Origin: a plasmid
DNA length: 64,000 nucleotides
Sequence record: NZ_CP099764.1
Strand: one strand, 5' to 3'
The notes under the pieces were generated by a model. That model was not told the DNA's origin and searched no databases. It saw only the letters and a list, made by a program, of their open reading frames with translations. A program made the position numbers and the translations under genes. This document shows positions 21,651 through 32,758 of the stretch, in pieces. The first letter of the stretch is position 1, and every line of letters starts with the position of its first letter.

Positions 21651-23804
21651 TCAGAAATCATCTCCCGGCTCAACATCCTCCCCGCGCTCCCGGTGCACAT
21701 TGATGTTCACCTCTTCACGACGCTGCATCTTCTGCTGGATATCCGGATTCTGCTCCCGTTGCCATGCCTCATAAACGGCCATATCCACCACTTCACCGGA
21801 TTCACTGATCCCGGGTGGCAGTTGCTGTTCCATCTCTTCTTCCGGTTTCATTTTCAGCTCCTGCTCGATCCCCCCTGCCGGAACATTCACACCTGCATCT
21901 GACTTCTTATCGTTGATGGCAGGAGACACCGGCTGTTGCGGCTGTTCAGCCTGAGTCACGTCTTCTCCGGAAACAACCTCCGGGACATCCGGTTCGAAGA
22001 GGCTGGCCATCTGACGACCTTCTGCTTCCCTTGCGGCAAGTACGGCACTCAGACGGTTCTCCATTTCCGGGTTGATGTCACGCGGAATAAACTCCGGAGC
22101 GACCTTCGGTCGTGTCTGATATTTCAGGGAGAGTTTTACTGCCGGATACGGTCCGGGCAGGGTGACATAACAGGTCAGATCCGGCAGAGACTGAATGTCG
22201 GAATAACTGACCAGCGTCTGACGCTCCATATCCTTACCGGTCGATACCCCGTCACGTACCGGATCAGCACCGTAGGAATACTGCTCGCTGGCTTTCAGGT
22301 GCTCTTTCTCACCAATTTCACCGGCAGCGAACTCTGCAATCTTATGGCTGGGAGAACGGAAAAAGGCACGGGTGTTCATGACGTCAAACAGCGTGGCAGC
22401 CGCTTTCTCACCGTAGATATCTTCCAGCTGGGCATAGGACTGGATACCAAACACATAACAGCCACCGAACTTACGGGCTTCCGGCAGGATCTCCACCAGG
22501 TCCGGCAGTTTGTGTAACGTGGGTAACTCGTCACAGAAAAACCACACACGACGGTTACGGTTTTCTCCCATTGCCAGCAGACCACGAATAGCAATGGACA
22601 GCCACATGGAGATCACCGGCTTCAGGGAGGCATGGGTGTCGGCGTTCGACGAAATAAACAGCCAGCCGTTTTTCTGATCTTCCCGGACACCACGCATCCA
22701 GTCACGGATGGTGAAGGGCTCACCGTTATGCTCAATCCCCTGCAGGTAACGGATGGCTTTCACGTAGTTGGTCAGCACAGCACGGATGGATATGGCCGTT
22801 TTCTCGATTTTCTCTTCCACCAGGTTGGCCGCCGGTGAATTACGCAGGAAGGTACGCAGCTTTTCAATTTTGATGGAAAGCAGTGTGTCCACCAGTTTGC
22901 TGTAGCTGCGGTTGGGGTCATTACGCATCAGGTATGCCGCTTCCGCAAAAATGGTACGTCCTGAACCCTGCCAGAACGGGTCCTCTTTTGTCCCCATCGG
23001 GATCAGAGTATTTGCGGTATTATCAAAATCTGGCTGTGTCAGGCACTCCTTCCACAAATCCCAGGCAGCACAGCGTGCATCCAGCGGATTCAGGATTTTA
23101 TCGATGGAGGGATCATAGTAACTTTTAACAAATTCCCCCGAACGGTCATAAATCACCACCATATCACCACGCTGACGGGCGTAGTTGGCCAGACGACGGA
23201 TAACCTCCGACTTACCGGCCCCGACAGTGCCGTGCAGACAGAAGTTCTGGATTTCAGAATCCCGGATAATCGGCAGATCGCCAATCCGGATATCGGAATC
23301 CTTGCCATCTTTTTTCAGCATCCTGGCCACCTCTTTCGGATTGTCAGTCAGCTGACGACCACCTGTGATTTCATTTTCGCTCTGTTGTTTACCCTGACGC
23401 CCCAGAATCCAGGAGACAACAAAGAAGGTGATCAGGCAGATAACCAGGGCCACGACAGACGCCAGAACGAATGCCGACCATAACTGCTCACCGCACCAGA
23501 TCATATATTTATCATGCAGTACCTGAGCCGCGTTCATCCGGAAGGTTTTGCCGTAATACTGGATCTCATAGACCGGCTGGGACCTGATTAAATCCCGCAT
23601 GCCTTCCAGCGTGGTGCACCACCAGTAAATGCAGCCATTCACAAACGTCTGCCAGCTTATTTTTACCCATAAAACCAGACCAACTAGGATCCAGAAAAAA
23701 ATAAACAGGCAGTAAAGTATGATATTGGCGATCTGACTGAACATGCGGATACGCATGGACGCAATCTGACCGCCCTGGGTCATATCCTTTGCGTTAAAAC
23801 TCAT
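21651..23804 (-). CDS. traD: TraD type IV coupling protein
   Basis: 717 aa; N-terminal TM segments; Walker A GTVGAGKS; Q/P-rich C-terminal tail; F order traT-traD-traI. Confidence 0.95.
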   Translation of the reverse strand: MSFNAKDMTQGGQIASMRIRMFSQIANIILYCLFIFFWILVGLVLWVKISWQTFVNGCIYWWCTTLEGMRDLIRSQPVYEIQYYGKTFRMNAAQVLHDKYMIWCGEQLWSAFVLASVVALVICLITFFVVSWILGRQGKQQSENEITGGRQLTDNPKEVARMLKKDGKDSDIRIGDLPIIRDSEIQNFCLHGTVGAGKSEVIRRLANYARQRGDMVVIYDRSGEFVKSYYDPSIDKILNPLDARCAAWDLWKECLTQPDFDNTANTLIPMGTKEDPFWQGSGRTIFAEAAYLMRNDPNRSYSKLVDTLLSIKIEKLRTFLRNSPAANLVEEKIEKTAISIRAVLTNYVKAIRYLQGIEHNGEPFTIRDWMRGVREDQKNGWLFISSNADTHASLKPVISMWLSIAIRGLLAMGENRNRRVWFFCDELPTLHKLPDLVEILPEARKFGGCYVFGIQSYAQLEDIYGEKAAATLFDVMNTRAFFRSPSHKIAEFAAGEIGEKEHLKASEQYSYGADPVRDGVSTGKDMERQTLVSYSDIQSLPDLTCYVTLPGPYPAVKLSLKYQTRPKVAPEFIPRDINPEMENRLSAVLAAREAEGRQMASLFEPDVPEVVSGEDVTQAEQPQQPVSPAINDKKSDAGVNVPAGGIEQELKMKPEEEMEQQLPPGISESGEVVDMAVYEAWQREQNPDIQQKMQRREEVNINVHRERGEDVEPGDDF

Positions 23805-24056
23805 GATGATATTCTGAAGAAAGAAAGTCAGTCGGACTGATTATTAATGATGAAAAGATTAATAACCGTTAAATTCCGGCTTCGCCGGCAACACTTCACG
23901 GTCGCACAAAGAATTTGCACAACCGCTCAGTGTTTTCATATTTATTTCGGAAACGCCGGGGAGAAATAAAATTTATTTTATTTCTCCCCGGGGTTGGACA
24001 ACGAGCAAAGCGAGGCGTCAGTCAGGAGGCCGGTCAGACCAGCCTCCGGAAGATAA

Positions 24057-24788
24057 TCAGAGAATATTTGCGATTGATTTGGCCAGCTGGTCTTCGAGAA
24101 CAGGCTTCGCCTCTTCAAATTTCAGGTTAACCTTGTTCGCATTTGAGACCACACGGGTCTGGTATTTATGCTGGTTACCTGTTTCAGTACTGGTCTGAAT
24201 TTTCGCACCTGATGTGCCCTGACGCAGGGCGGCAACATTATCCGTTGTCACCGTTGCCTTAGTACGCTCTGCAATCTGCACATCCGTGATCATGGTATAG
24301 TTCACATCTTCCACCATCGCATCTGCAGCCATACCCACCAGACCGGCAGCAAGGCCCACACCGAGTGTGGCACCGGCAGAATTGGAATTATATCCGGTGA
24401 TACCGGCACCTAACGCTGCACCAACTGCTGCGCCTTCATAACCACGGTTCAGCCATCCCTGAGACTCCCGCAGATCCATCTTATCGGCCTTCAGCACATT
24501 CGCCTGAATCCAGTAGTAGGCTTTATCCGGAGAAGTCACCACCTGATACCCTTTTGCTTTCACAGCATCAGCAATTTTGCCCTGCAGCCCACTCATGTCT
24601 TTATCAGACGTGTTTTTGATCTGCAGAAATACCGTGCGTTCGCTGGCGGGTTCAAGCCAGATGGTCTCACTCATCTGAGTCTTCACCTCAAGGTTACGCT
24701 TCTTGATTGCTGTGCTCATCGCACCACACCCTGAAAGGGCCAGAGTGGAACTGACCAGTGTAACCATCATCAATTTTTTTGTTTTCAT
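24057..24788 (-). CDS. traT: TraT surface-exclusion lipoprotein
   Basis: Start at [21 protein letters not shown] (lipobox); 243 aa. Confidence 0.9.
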   Translation of the reverse strand: MKTKKLMMVTLVSSTLALSGCGAMSTAIKKRNLEVKTQMSETIWLEPASERTVFLQIKNTSDKDMSGLQGKIADAVKAKGYQVVTSPDKAYYWIQANVLKADKMDLRESQGWLNRGYEGAAVGAALGAGITGYNSNSAGATLGVGLAAGLVGMAADAMVEDVNYTMITDVQIAERTKATVTTDNVAALRQGTSGAKIQTSTETGNQHKYQTRVVSNANKVNLKFEEAKPVLEDQLAKSIANIL

Positions 24789-24819
24789 CAAATTACCTTT
24801 TTTACAAACTACAGTTTTC

Positions 24820-25317
24820 TTATTGCCTGTCATAATAGTCCTGCCAACGAGTCCCAAAAGTATTTCCCGCTGAATCAAAGCCTCCATGCATAGGATATCC
24901 GGTTGAAGGGTTATAGTAGATCGTTGGGGTCTGTTCAATGCCCCCGAAGTCTAACTTTTCACTCCCATCATATTGGTCTTTGAGTTGATTTTGCCCCCAT
25001 TTTTTTATGCTTATGCAACCACTAACTCGCCTTAATTCGTATAGTGTACCAATGATAAAAACCATCAGGCTTAATAACGGAGAGAGTAAGGAAGATACTG
25101 GCATCGTTATATACCAAACGCCTTTACTAAACTTAAACTCATCCGACACATCCCGTTTTTTTCGTATTTGAGAGAACAACCAGATAAACAGTCCCTGCCA
25201 TAGCACTATGAAGAACAGCATAAAAACTGTTTCGGCATTCCCCCAATCAGCCAGATAACAGGCGATAAACTGTATCACTGTTACCAGAGCAATATGGGCT
25301 AAACATCTCATTATCAT
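24820..25317 (-). CDS. traS: TraS entry-exclusion inner-membrane protein (assigned by position)
   Basis: 165-aa hydrophobic ORF between traG and traT; TraS is poorly conserved, so the call rests on synteny. Confidence 0.55.
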   Translation of the reverse strand: MIMRCLAHIALVTVIQFIACYLADWGNAETVFMLFFIVLWQGLFIWLFSQIRKKRDVSDEFKFSKGVWYITMPVSSLLSPLLSLMVFIIGTLYELRRVSGCISIKKWGQNQLKDQYDGSEKLDFGGIEQTPTIYYNPSTGYPMHGGFDSAGNTFGTRWQDYYDRQ

Positions 25318-25332
25318 CTCCCAAACACAGTA

Positions 25333-28155
25333 TTATTGCTTATACTTATCCTGATACTCCTTTGCCCTTTTCATCAGTTCCTGTGGACTGTCAGCTCCGG
25401 GCATTCTTTCCTGAGCCGACTTTTCTTCATTATATTTATTATTCTGAGATAATGACTCTGTTTTATGGTGATTCTGCAGTTCAGAATACTGTCCTCTTAC
25501 AATATTTTCCTCGCCACGTATGCTGTTCTGAGTATCACCTATATTCCCTTTATATTCTGTGACCATATTATCAACCTGATGTTTTACATCATTACGGATA
25601 TTACTGTCCTGCGTTCTTTGCTCAATAATGGCCTGATGTCCCTGATGGTCAGCAATAATATCCTGACTGCCTCCACCCGAAGGTACGCTCTCCATTCCTT
25701 TACCAATATCGCCACGGGATTCCCGCCAGGCATTATCAACACCAGGCTGTATCTGTTCCTGCACAAAAGACCAGGCCATTGCCCGACGGCGTTCTGCAAT
25801 CTCCGGCGAACTGGTATTTGTCAGAATAGCTTCGGCATCCTGCGGTGCGTGTTTCATCACATACTGTGCAAACTGTTGCGACAAATCTTCGCTCATCTGC
25901 CCACTCATGCTTTCAGTACGGGATGCCATTTCAGCATATTCATGGCTGCGGGTCATATTCGTCGTGTACTGGTCGTAACTCTGTTTCGCTGAATTCAGGG
26001 CTGCAGACAGTTGATCCACCCGGGAATCAGCATTATTGTCAGTATGGCTGCCGGATTCACTGACTTTGCGACTGGTAAAGTAATCGCTGGCCTCTTTAAA
26101 GTCCTTACTGGCTTTAGCGTCAATATCATGACGAGCATCATAGCTGGCCCGTGAACCACTGCTGGCCTGATGCGCATCATCATCACTCCAGTCAATGCCA
26201 GCCCGACCACCACCTCTAACGCCTAATCCTCCACCAACACCAAGAATTTTAGGTTTAACCCCCCATTCAGCATGAGCATCTCCATACATCCCGGCAGAAG
26301 CTCTCGTACTTCTGGATGCCAGTTCCTGAGTCGCCTGCTCATTACTGATATTATGCGCCTTCGCATAGCTTTCCACTGCACTGCGCATACGGCTGGCCAT
26401 CATGGAGTCCTGTGCACTCATCGTACTGTCAGCACCACTGGTGACAGAGTCACTGCTCCCCCGGTTAGAACCAAACTGACTGAGCGTGTTCCAGGCACTG
26501 GCAATACTGCTGCTGAAACCATGCAGGGCACTTTCTGCTCTGTTCGACGCCTCCCGGGCCATTTCCTGTTGTGCCGCTGCAATCTGACGCGTTGCATTGA
26601 TACCGACCGGTAAACGGGACATCGCTCCGCTTGCATCCATCACCATATTACCGTCACGGGTCTGTGTGGCGGTTGCGCCACTGCCGGTCTGGTACATCAT
26701 CTGACCAAACGACGTGGTGCTGTTGGTGCTCCAGCTGAAGCCGTTCACGTTTTCCGTCTGCATGTTACCGTAGGAGTAATTACCGTCAACCACACTACCT
26801 GCCGCACTGGCAGTCGGGCTGATAGCAGAGGAAGCGAAATGGCTGTACACACTGGAAAATCCGGCCCCAAGCCCCCTGACCATCATCCAGGATAATGGCG
26901 GGATCATCATGGAAAGATACCCGGCAGTGGAAGCCAGATCGGAGTATTTCAGTTGTATCTGTGAAATTTCAGAGAGCAACACCGGCGCACCATTCTGTTT
27001 CGCATAAAATGTCATGGCACTGTTCAGAATGGCGTACAAGAGTGGCCATGACTGCAGCCACATCAGGGCAAACACATAACCTTTCAGGACAGACAGCGTC
27101 AGTTTGTTGAATACAGCCGCCAGTACCAGGAGCGGGAAAATACCGATGGCGATCCCCGTCAGGATGGTCTGCGTCATGGGCAGTGTCCGCATCGCCACAT
27201 GACCGATGGAGACATGTGCCAGACGTTGTTTCTCCATCGATGACGTGGTGGCCAGATTCACCAGGCTGGCCGAATCACCATTACGTGCGGCATAACTGGT
27301 GATCCCCTCCTTCAGCGCATTGATGGTGACATTCTGGCGGATGATCTGGCTGGCTGATTTACTTGAGCCATAGAAGTAACTGTAACTGTCGCCAATCAGC
27401 GTACTGAACAGCAGGTTAGGATCAGGGCGTCCACCAAATAGCTGCTGGGCATAATAATGCCAGGTTTTTCCGCCACTCTGTGTGTCCAGATTCAGCTTGT
27501 CTTTCAGCGAAACCGACGCGTCCTTACAGGTTACGAAATTATTATTGCTGTCATAAACGCCCCGCAGCGGGCTGGGGCGGGAAAAAATCAGCGTGTAGGG
27601 ATCAGCGGAGGCCATCAGCTCCTCCAGCGTGTATTTGTGGTTCAGGTAAATATCCCCCATCACACAGTTCTGCACATAATCCTGGAAAAGATTGGCGATT
27701 TCCGGATTGCGGGACAAAAAGTCGGTGCTTTTTGATACCAGTTCTGCGCCAAACAGCATCCCCGTTTTGCTGTAGGTGACACTGTCCGGTTGCGTGAAGA
27801 TCATCTCGTAACTGGCCACCATTGCATGCCCGATACGGGTCGTCAGTGAAAGTGGCATCGCCAGTCCGACCGGCACATTATCCACCCGGTGAACTTTGAC
27901 CAGGTCACTGTTATCAATAATCTGCACCGATGTGCGGACATTAACCAGCAGGCTGATAAGCACAAATACGGCCACCCAGCCCAGCAAATCCATCACGTTG
28001 TGCCGCTGTACCCACATTACGGCCACCGCGAGAACAGACAATGTGAGCGCAATTTTTTCAATGGAATCCCACGTCCTGGTTCCCATAAAGGCGGCAATGG
28101 CGTTCAGGTTATTCCGCAACCACTCACCACCGGCAATCACATAAACTTCATTCAC
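25333..28155 (-). CDS. traG: TraG, mating-pair stabilisation/entry exclusion
   Basis: 940 aa with N-terminal polytopic domain and large periplasmic C-terminal domain; position after traH. Confidence 0.9.
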   Translation of the reverse strand: MNEVYVIAGGEWLRNNLNAIAAFMGTRTWDSIEKIALTLSVLAVAVMWVQRHNVMDLLGWVAVFVLISLLVNVRTSVQIIDNSDLVKVHRVDNVPVGLAMPLSLTTRIGHAMVASYEMIFTQPDSVTYSKTGMLFGAELVSKSTDFLSRNPEIANLFQDYVQNCVMGDIYLNHKYTLEELMASADPYTLIFSRPSPLRGVYDSNNNFVTCKDASVSLKDKLNLDTQSGGKTWHYYAQQLFGGRPDPNLLFSTLIGDSYSYFYGSSKSASQIIRQNVTINALKEGITSYAARNGDSASLVNLATTSSMEKQRLAHVSIGHVAMRTLPMTQTILTGIAIGIFPLLVLAAVFNKLTLSVLKGYVFALMWLQSWPLLYAILNSAMTFYAKQNGAPVLLSEISQIQLKYSDLASTAGYLSMMIPPLSWMMVRGLGAGFSSVYSHFASSAISPTASAAGSVVDGNYSYGNMQTENVNGFSWSTNSTTSFGQMMYQTGSGATATQTRDGNMVMDASGAMSRLPVGINATRQIAAAQQEMAREASNRAESALHGFSSSIASAWNTLSQFGSNRGSSDSVTSGADSTMSAQDSMMASRMRSAVESYAKAHNISNEQATQELASRSTRASAGMYGDAHAEWGVKPKILGVGGGLGVRGGGRAGIDWSDDDAHQASSGSRASYDARHDIDAKASKDFKEASDYFTSRKVSESGSHTDNNADSRVDQLSAALNSAKQSYDQYTTNMTRSHEYAEMASRTESMSGQMSEDLSQQFAQYVMKHAPQDAEAILTNTSSPEIAERRRAMAWSFVQEQIQPGVDNAWRESRGDIGKGMESVPSGGGSQDIIADHQGHQAIIEQRTQDSNIRNDVKHQVDNMVTEYKGNIGDTQNSIRGEENIVRGQYSELQNHHKTESLSQNNKYNEEKSAQERMPGADSPQELMKRAKEYQDKYKQ

Positions 28156-29528
28156 CGCGTGCTCCCTCCGAAGTGATAGTTGTTCTGGTAACGACTGAGC
28201 ATGCGGGCGGAAAGCTGCTGACGCATGTAGCTCATCTGACGATCGACAACCAGCAACGCATCCTGCTGTACCTGCACCTGTGACTGAAACGCCGCAATCT
28301 GCCGGGTGGCATCATTCATGTTGTCGTTAATATGTCCGATAACCGCTTCGTCATAATTTCCCGTGGCCACCATCGCCCGGGCCTGCTGTATCAGCTCCTG
28401 AATGTACTGCAGCAGGATGTCGTAACCGATATAGTCCGTCAGCTGGTAAATCATGCTGTTGGAAACTCCGAGCATCTGCGGGTCAACCAGGTATTTGAAG
28501 ACGGGGATGGTGGTACTGGAAATAAAGCCTTTTTCCTTGTCATCCAGAGGCGTGTCACTGACCGCCTTGTTCTGAATGCTGGCCAGAAGTTTAGTAATCT
28601 GAGACTTCAGTGCATTATCCCGGCTGATAGTCACCGGTGTGTCTGCCACCACTTTCAGGCATTTATCAGAATCGTTGCAGTGATAAATTTTTGCTGTGCC
28701 GCCTTCCATCATGGCCCGGATAATTGAGCGGTCAGTGGTTCTGGCTGACAGCGGTGTGATTTCGCCGTTGGGACCAAACACCAGTGAGCCGGTCAGCGTC
28801 ATCACAAATTCTTTCAGCTCTTTGTTGCCGTCAAACATTCTGTTTTTGGAAAGCGCATTCCACATGATGTTGATGTTTTTGGTCACCCGCTCCTTATCCT
28901 TGTCGCTGGCTTTATCCCTGACACTGTCAGATTTCCCGCCAACGGTACATCCCTGCCGGGAAGCCGCCCAGTCAGCAAAAATATTGCTCTCACCGGCAAT
29001 GTCCTGACAGACTTTCTGCTGGGACACCTGCGTCCGGGGGAAAAGCCCGCCGATAATCCCCTGTGCAGCCTGGCAGGAACTGAGGTTCATACTGTTAATG
29101 TCGCTTGCCATTTTCTGCACGAAGTCTTTTGCGGTTTTTATTTCCGGCACCGTTGTCTGCAGGGCAAGGTCAAAAAAGTAACCGGCAGCATTGCTCATAA
29201 TCTGCTTAACAAAACGCTGCAACTGCTCACCATTAATAAAACTGAACGAGCCGAGATAGGCGTCGATGCCGCCACATCCAGCATTGATATCCGGCAGCGT
29301 CATGGAAATTAGCTGAACATTTTTGACCTGAGTACGGGCATACAGGGAGCCACCGTAAGCATAGCCGGCGGCCTGCCCCTGCCAGACGCCCGGCTGTGTG
29401 GTATTGGAAGCAAATCCCAGCTTATTAAAGAACTGATTCATGTCGCTGTTCACATCCGCTGACGCTGCAGGCGTCACCGTCAGTAAGGCGGCACAAAGAA
29501 CCAGAAGAGGTTTAATGCGTGGCATCAT
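28152..29528 (-). CDS. traH: TraH pilus assembly protein
   Basis: 458 aa, signal peptide, synteny. Confidence 0.9.
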   Translation of the reverse strand: MMPRIKPLLVLCAALLTVTPAASADVNSDMNQFFNKLGFASNTTQPGVWQGQAAGYAYGGSLYARTQVKNVQLISMTLPDINAGCGGIDAYLGSFSFINGEQLQRFVKQIMSNAAGYFFDLALQTTVPEIKTAKDFVQKMASDINSMNLSSCQAAQGIIGGLFPRTQVSQQKVCQDIAGESNIFADWAASRQGCTVGGKSDSVRDKASDKDKERVTKNINIMWNALSKNRMFDGNKELKEFVMTLTGSLVFGPNGEITPLSARTTDRSIIRAMMEGGTAKIYHCNDSDKCLKVVADTPVTISRDNALKSQITKLLASIQNKAVSDTPLDDKEKGFISSTTIPVFKYLVDPQMLGVSNSMIYQLTDYIGYDILLQYIQELIQQARAMVATGNYDEAVIGHINDNMNDATRQIAAFQSQVQVQQDALLVVDRQMSYMRQQLSARMLSRYQNNYHFGGSTR

Positions 29529-29938
29529 TCTTGCCCTCCCTTAATGTGTTCTCCCGGTGCATACGACATTTCAGCAGGAATATCTCGATATTTCCGTATA
29601 TTAATTCGCACATTGGGGACAGAAAAAAATGTAACAAGAAACCCGGCTGCAAGCGCATATAACGTATACGGAATGGCATATATCAGGATATTCCACATAT
29701 AACTCGAATTATTTAATTCCGGGTCCGCTTTCCACGAATCAATACAGGCATCAAAAATAATATCCATAACTGTCCATAAAACAATTCCGGCAGTCAGGAA
29801 TACCAGAGACAACCCAGCATACCTGCCAGTAATTCTGGAAATGTATTTATAATCTCGTTCTGTACTTCTGATTTTGAGCTCAGGATTACTTTTATTTTCT
29901 CTCATTATAAGTTCCCTCTGATATTTCCGATGATTCAT
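29525..29938 (-). CDS. trbF: TrbF (true start may be internal, MRENK…)
   Basis: Small membrane protein upstream of traH; synteny. Confidence 0.7.
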   Translation of the reverse strand: MNHRKYQRELIMRENKSNPELKIRSTERDYKYISRITGRYAGLSLVFLTAGIVLWTVMDIIFDACIDSWKADPELNNSSYMWNILIYAIPYTLYALAAGFLVTFFSVPNVRINIRKYRDIPAEMSYAPGEHIKGGQE

Positions 29939-30173
29939 TCAGACCGGTCATGCGGCTGTAATATATTTCAGACACCGAAATCCATCCCACAATTGCCCCC
30001 ACAAAAAACACAACAGAAACAGAAAAGGTAAGACTCAGCGAAACGACAATTTCTACAGGGCTGGCGGGATAAAAAAGCCCCTGACGGATAAAGGGGATAT
30101 TCAGGCTGACGATTATTCCCGTCACGATGCCGGATATTCCGGCAATGAGTAACACCACCTGCTTATTTCGCAC
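29892..30173 (-). CDS. trbJ: TrbJ (probable GTG start, ~93 aa)
   Basis: Small membrane protein between trbB and trbF; F TrbJ is ~93 aa as recalled. Confidence 0.6.
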   Translation of the reverse strand: MRNKQVVLLIAGISGIVTGIIVSLNIPFIRQGLFYPASPVEIVVSLSLTFSVSVVFFVGAIVGWISVSEIYYSRMTGLNESSEISEGTYNERK

Positions 30174-30708
30174 CTTTTTTTCCTCCGTACATCTGCAAAA
30201 CGGTATCCACCCGCGCCATAAAACCGGCGGCATCCGTTGCCCCCTGTAAAAGCGGTAATGCCTCAAGCGTGTTGACGTTGACCAGGAAGGTGGTCGGTGT
30301 GGCCACCGGGATATTCGGGAAGAAGGTCTGCATCACCTCCGGTGGCACCGGTAATGCTTCAGGAAAGGCCGTATCCCCCTGACCATCCAGGGTGTAGGAA
30401 AAAACGGAAAAGCCGTACTGCTGTGCCAGCTGTTTCAGTACCGGGTCAAACTGGTGACAGTAAGGGCAATGCCCCTGCATAAACAGCACCACCTTCCAGT
30501 CGGCCAGGTTAACCTGCCTGCCATTACTGAGGCGGAACCAGCGGGGAGCCGGCTTTGCTGTCCTGGCTGACGTGCCTGCTGCCGGTTGTGCAGGCTGCGT
30601 AGCCATACCCTGCGGATTCCAGAGTCGCTCTATTTCATCCCGGGTGGAGGCCTGCACAGCAGCGGCGCTCAGCAACAGGGTGAACAGCAGTGATTTAGTG
30701 AGAGACAT
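30163..30708 (-). CDS. trbB: TrbB periplasmic thioredoxin-like disulfide isomerase
   Basis: 181 aa, signal peptide, CPYC thioredoxin motif. Confidence 0.85.
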   Translation of the reverse strand: MSLTKSLLFTLLLSAAAVQASTRDEIERLWNPQGMATQPAQPAAGTSARTAKPAPRWFRLSNGRQVNLADWKVVLFMQGHCPYCHQFDPVLKQLAQQYGFSVFSYTLDGQGDTAFPEALPVPPEVMQTFFPNIPVATPTTFLVNVNTLEALPLLQGATDAAGFMARVDTVLQMYGGKKGAK

Positions 30709-30979
30709 GTCCGCCCTCCTGCTGCCCTTCCATCATGGCCTGTTGCCTGGCTTCCAGTGCCTCACGCTCTTCCCGGCTGACACGGGCAATCCATGCATCC
30801 AGCACCTGGTATGCGCCGAACAGTACGAGAATGGCCGCAATCAGCTCCGCCAGAAAAAAAGCCATCCAGGGTTTGCTGTAAACAAGACGGGCGACGATAT
30901 GAAACCAGACACCCAGGGAAAATACCCACATTCCCGTAATATCAAGCCGGGGTAAAGAGAATCTGCGTTTACTTATCAT
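30695..30979 (-). CDS. traQ: TraQ pilin chaperone
   Basis: 94-aa membrane protein; synteny. Confidence 0.8.
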   Translation of the reverse strand: MISKRRFSLPRLDITGMWVFSLGVWFHIVARLVYSKPWMAFFLAELIAAILVLFGAYQVLDAWIARVSREEREALEARQQAMMEGQQEGGHVSH

Positions 30980-31059
30980 GTTAAACTCCGGTTATTATTT
31001 ACATGAGAGTATTCATGTCTGTAATATTCGCGTTTGTGTGATATTAATCAGAGGTACAA

Positions 31060-31374
31060 ATGGAAAAGCGATCTTTTAAAGAAAAACTGGAAATAATCAG
31101 AAACATAATAAGAGAGTCGTTACTGGGAAATGCGGCAATTATTGCGCTGATATATGCAGCATCACATTCATTACCGGTCAATGCCTTCCCTGACTATCTT
31201 GTAATAAGTTTATTAAGTATCGCAGCAGGCATCGTTGTATTATGGTTATTTTCAATTATCTATATTTATTTTTGTGAGCTATTCAGAAGCCACTGGATTG
31301 CGGTATGGTTTATCATATGGTCTTCAGTAATCAACCTCATTATTTTGTATGGTTTTTATGACCGTTTTATATGA
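31060..31374 (+). CDS. artA: ArtA (anti-sense-oriented small membrane protein inside the tra operon)
   Basis: 104-aa ORF on the opposite strand between traQ and trbA, exactly as artA in F. Confidence 0.7.
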   Translation: MEKRSFKEKLEIIRNIIRESLLGNAAIIALIYAASHSLPVNAFPDYLVISLLSIAAGIVVLWLFSIIYIYFCELFRSHWIAVWFIIWSSVINLIILYGFYDRFI

Positions 31375-31375
31375 C

Positions 31376-31723
31376 TTAGCCTGTCATAAGCCCCCTTATA
31401 AAAAACCACATCACTCCGGACCATACCGATGACAACACAATACAGATAAATATTCTTCTGAACCTGTCGAAGCTCGTAACGTCCGGTAATGCGGCCGCAA
31501 CTATTGAAACAACCAGTGCTGCGCCCTGACTCATAATTGCACCACACAGAAACCAGAGACTGGCGGTAAGCACATATAAACACGCGATATTAATAACAAG
31601 GAAAACCAGTGAGCTCAGGAGAAACATTTTCCTGTCATTACGCTCAGAAAAGAAATAACCGGCAATAATGACAAATATTAACAGAACAACACCTGTAAAC
31701 ATTTTCAAATAATCTTCACTCAT
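31376..31723 (-). CDS. trbA: TrbA
   Basis: 115-aa membrane protein; synteny. Confidence 0.75.
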   Translation of the reverse strand: MSEDYLKMFTGVVLLIFVIIAGYFFSERNDRKMFLLSSLVFLVINIACLYVLTASLWFLCGAIMSQGAALVVSIVAAALPDVTSFDRFRRIFICIVLSSVWSGVMWFFIRGLMTG

Positions 31724-31738
31724 AAATCAAATCCGCGA

Positions 31739-32512
31739 TTAAAAATTGGGTTTAAAATCTTCAGAAACGTTCAGGAACTGTTTTGCCAGGTCGTCCTGCG
31801 AAATAAAGCCGTATGATAACGGGCGAACACTGCCCTGTTTCGGGTCAACCAGCATCATGGCCGGGAAATATTTCACGCCGAGGCGCTGCGCCTGCCCCTG
31901 GTCAGTCCGGGAATCCGGCAACAGCGGATTAATCACGCCATCCACGGAAACGGGAATAACACTCAGACCATACGTATCCCGGAAGCCATTAATGACCTGC
32001 GCCAGTTGCCCGTCGATGGGGTCCTGCCCCCGGTAAAAAAACATGATGCCGTAGTGTTCAGCCAGTTTCGCAATGGCCTGTCGCTGCTGCGCCTGGTCTG
32101 CTGCCAGCTGGTTCCGTACCGTGCCGTTGTAATGGCTGTACTGCAGGTTATAGTCCAGTTCAGGATGTGCCAGCATGGCCTTTCTGGCGCTCATGGTGAA
32201 AAGCCCGGCCTGCTGAGTCCAGTAATTTTGCAGCCGGAAATATTTCACAAAATTATCCACGCCGGGATACAGAATGGCTTCGTACAGCGCCCGCTTTGTT
32301 GCCGTCTGCAGTGCGGCCAGTTTCTGCATAATATCCGGTTCCTGACGGGGGGCTGCAGGTACAGGTTTATTTTCTTTTTCCTTCGGATTTATTTTCTCGT
32401 TATACCACTGCCAGCCTGCATCTTTTCCTGACGCCGGAAAAATAAAGCAGCAGAGTAACAGTGGCAGTAATGCTTTATTCATCTTCATTCCTTTCATCAC
32501 TTTTTCTTTCAT
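31739..32512 (-). CDS. traF: TraF periplasmic thioredoxin-fold pilus assembly protein
   Basis: 257 aa with signal peptide; synteny. Confidence 0.9.
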   Translation of the reverse strand: MKEKVMKGMKMNKALLPLLLCCFIFPASGKDAGWQWYNEKINPKEKENKPVPAAPRQEPDIMQKLAALQTATKRALYEAILYPGVDNFVKYFRLQNYWTQQAGLFTMSARKAMLAHPELDYNLQYSHYNGTVRNQLAADQAQQRQAIAKLAEHYGIMFFYRGQDPIDGQLAQVINGFRDTYGLSVIPVSVDGVINPLLPDSRTDQGQAQRLGVKYFPAMMLVDPKQGSVRPLSYGFISQDDLAKQFLNVSEDFKPNF

Positions 32513-32735
32513 CAGGTTTCTGCAGGTCAGTCAGGGCAGAAAAACAAAAATACAGAATAAACAGGAGCACACCGGAGTAAAGGATAACGAAAGCAGCGGC
32601 AAGCATCCCGTCTGCCGTGGTTTCTTTTACCGTATCCCACGACCAGATAATTACCGGAGAAATGACAATCGCTGTAATCAAAAGCCGGATAAGAAAATCA
32701 ATAAAACGGTTCGACGTGAATATGACTTTCATCAT
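32475..32735 (-). CDS. trbE: TrbE
   Basis: 86-aa membrane protein; synteny. Confidence 0.7.
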   Translation of the reverse strand: MMKVIFTSNRFIDFLIRLLITAIVISPVIIWSWDTVKETTADGMLAAAFVILYSGVLLFILYFCFSALTDLQKPDERKSDERNEDE

Positions 32736-32758
32736 TTCCCCCGGTTATTTCCCATACC

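Noticed and set aside
25465-25992. 175-aa + strand ORF and other + strand ORFs inside traG/traH/traN/traC (e.g. 28332-28727, 32006-32431, 37410-37847, 39369-39863)
   Set aside because: They are antisense to long, well-supported tra genes and have no independent support.
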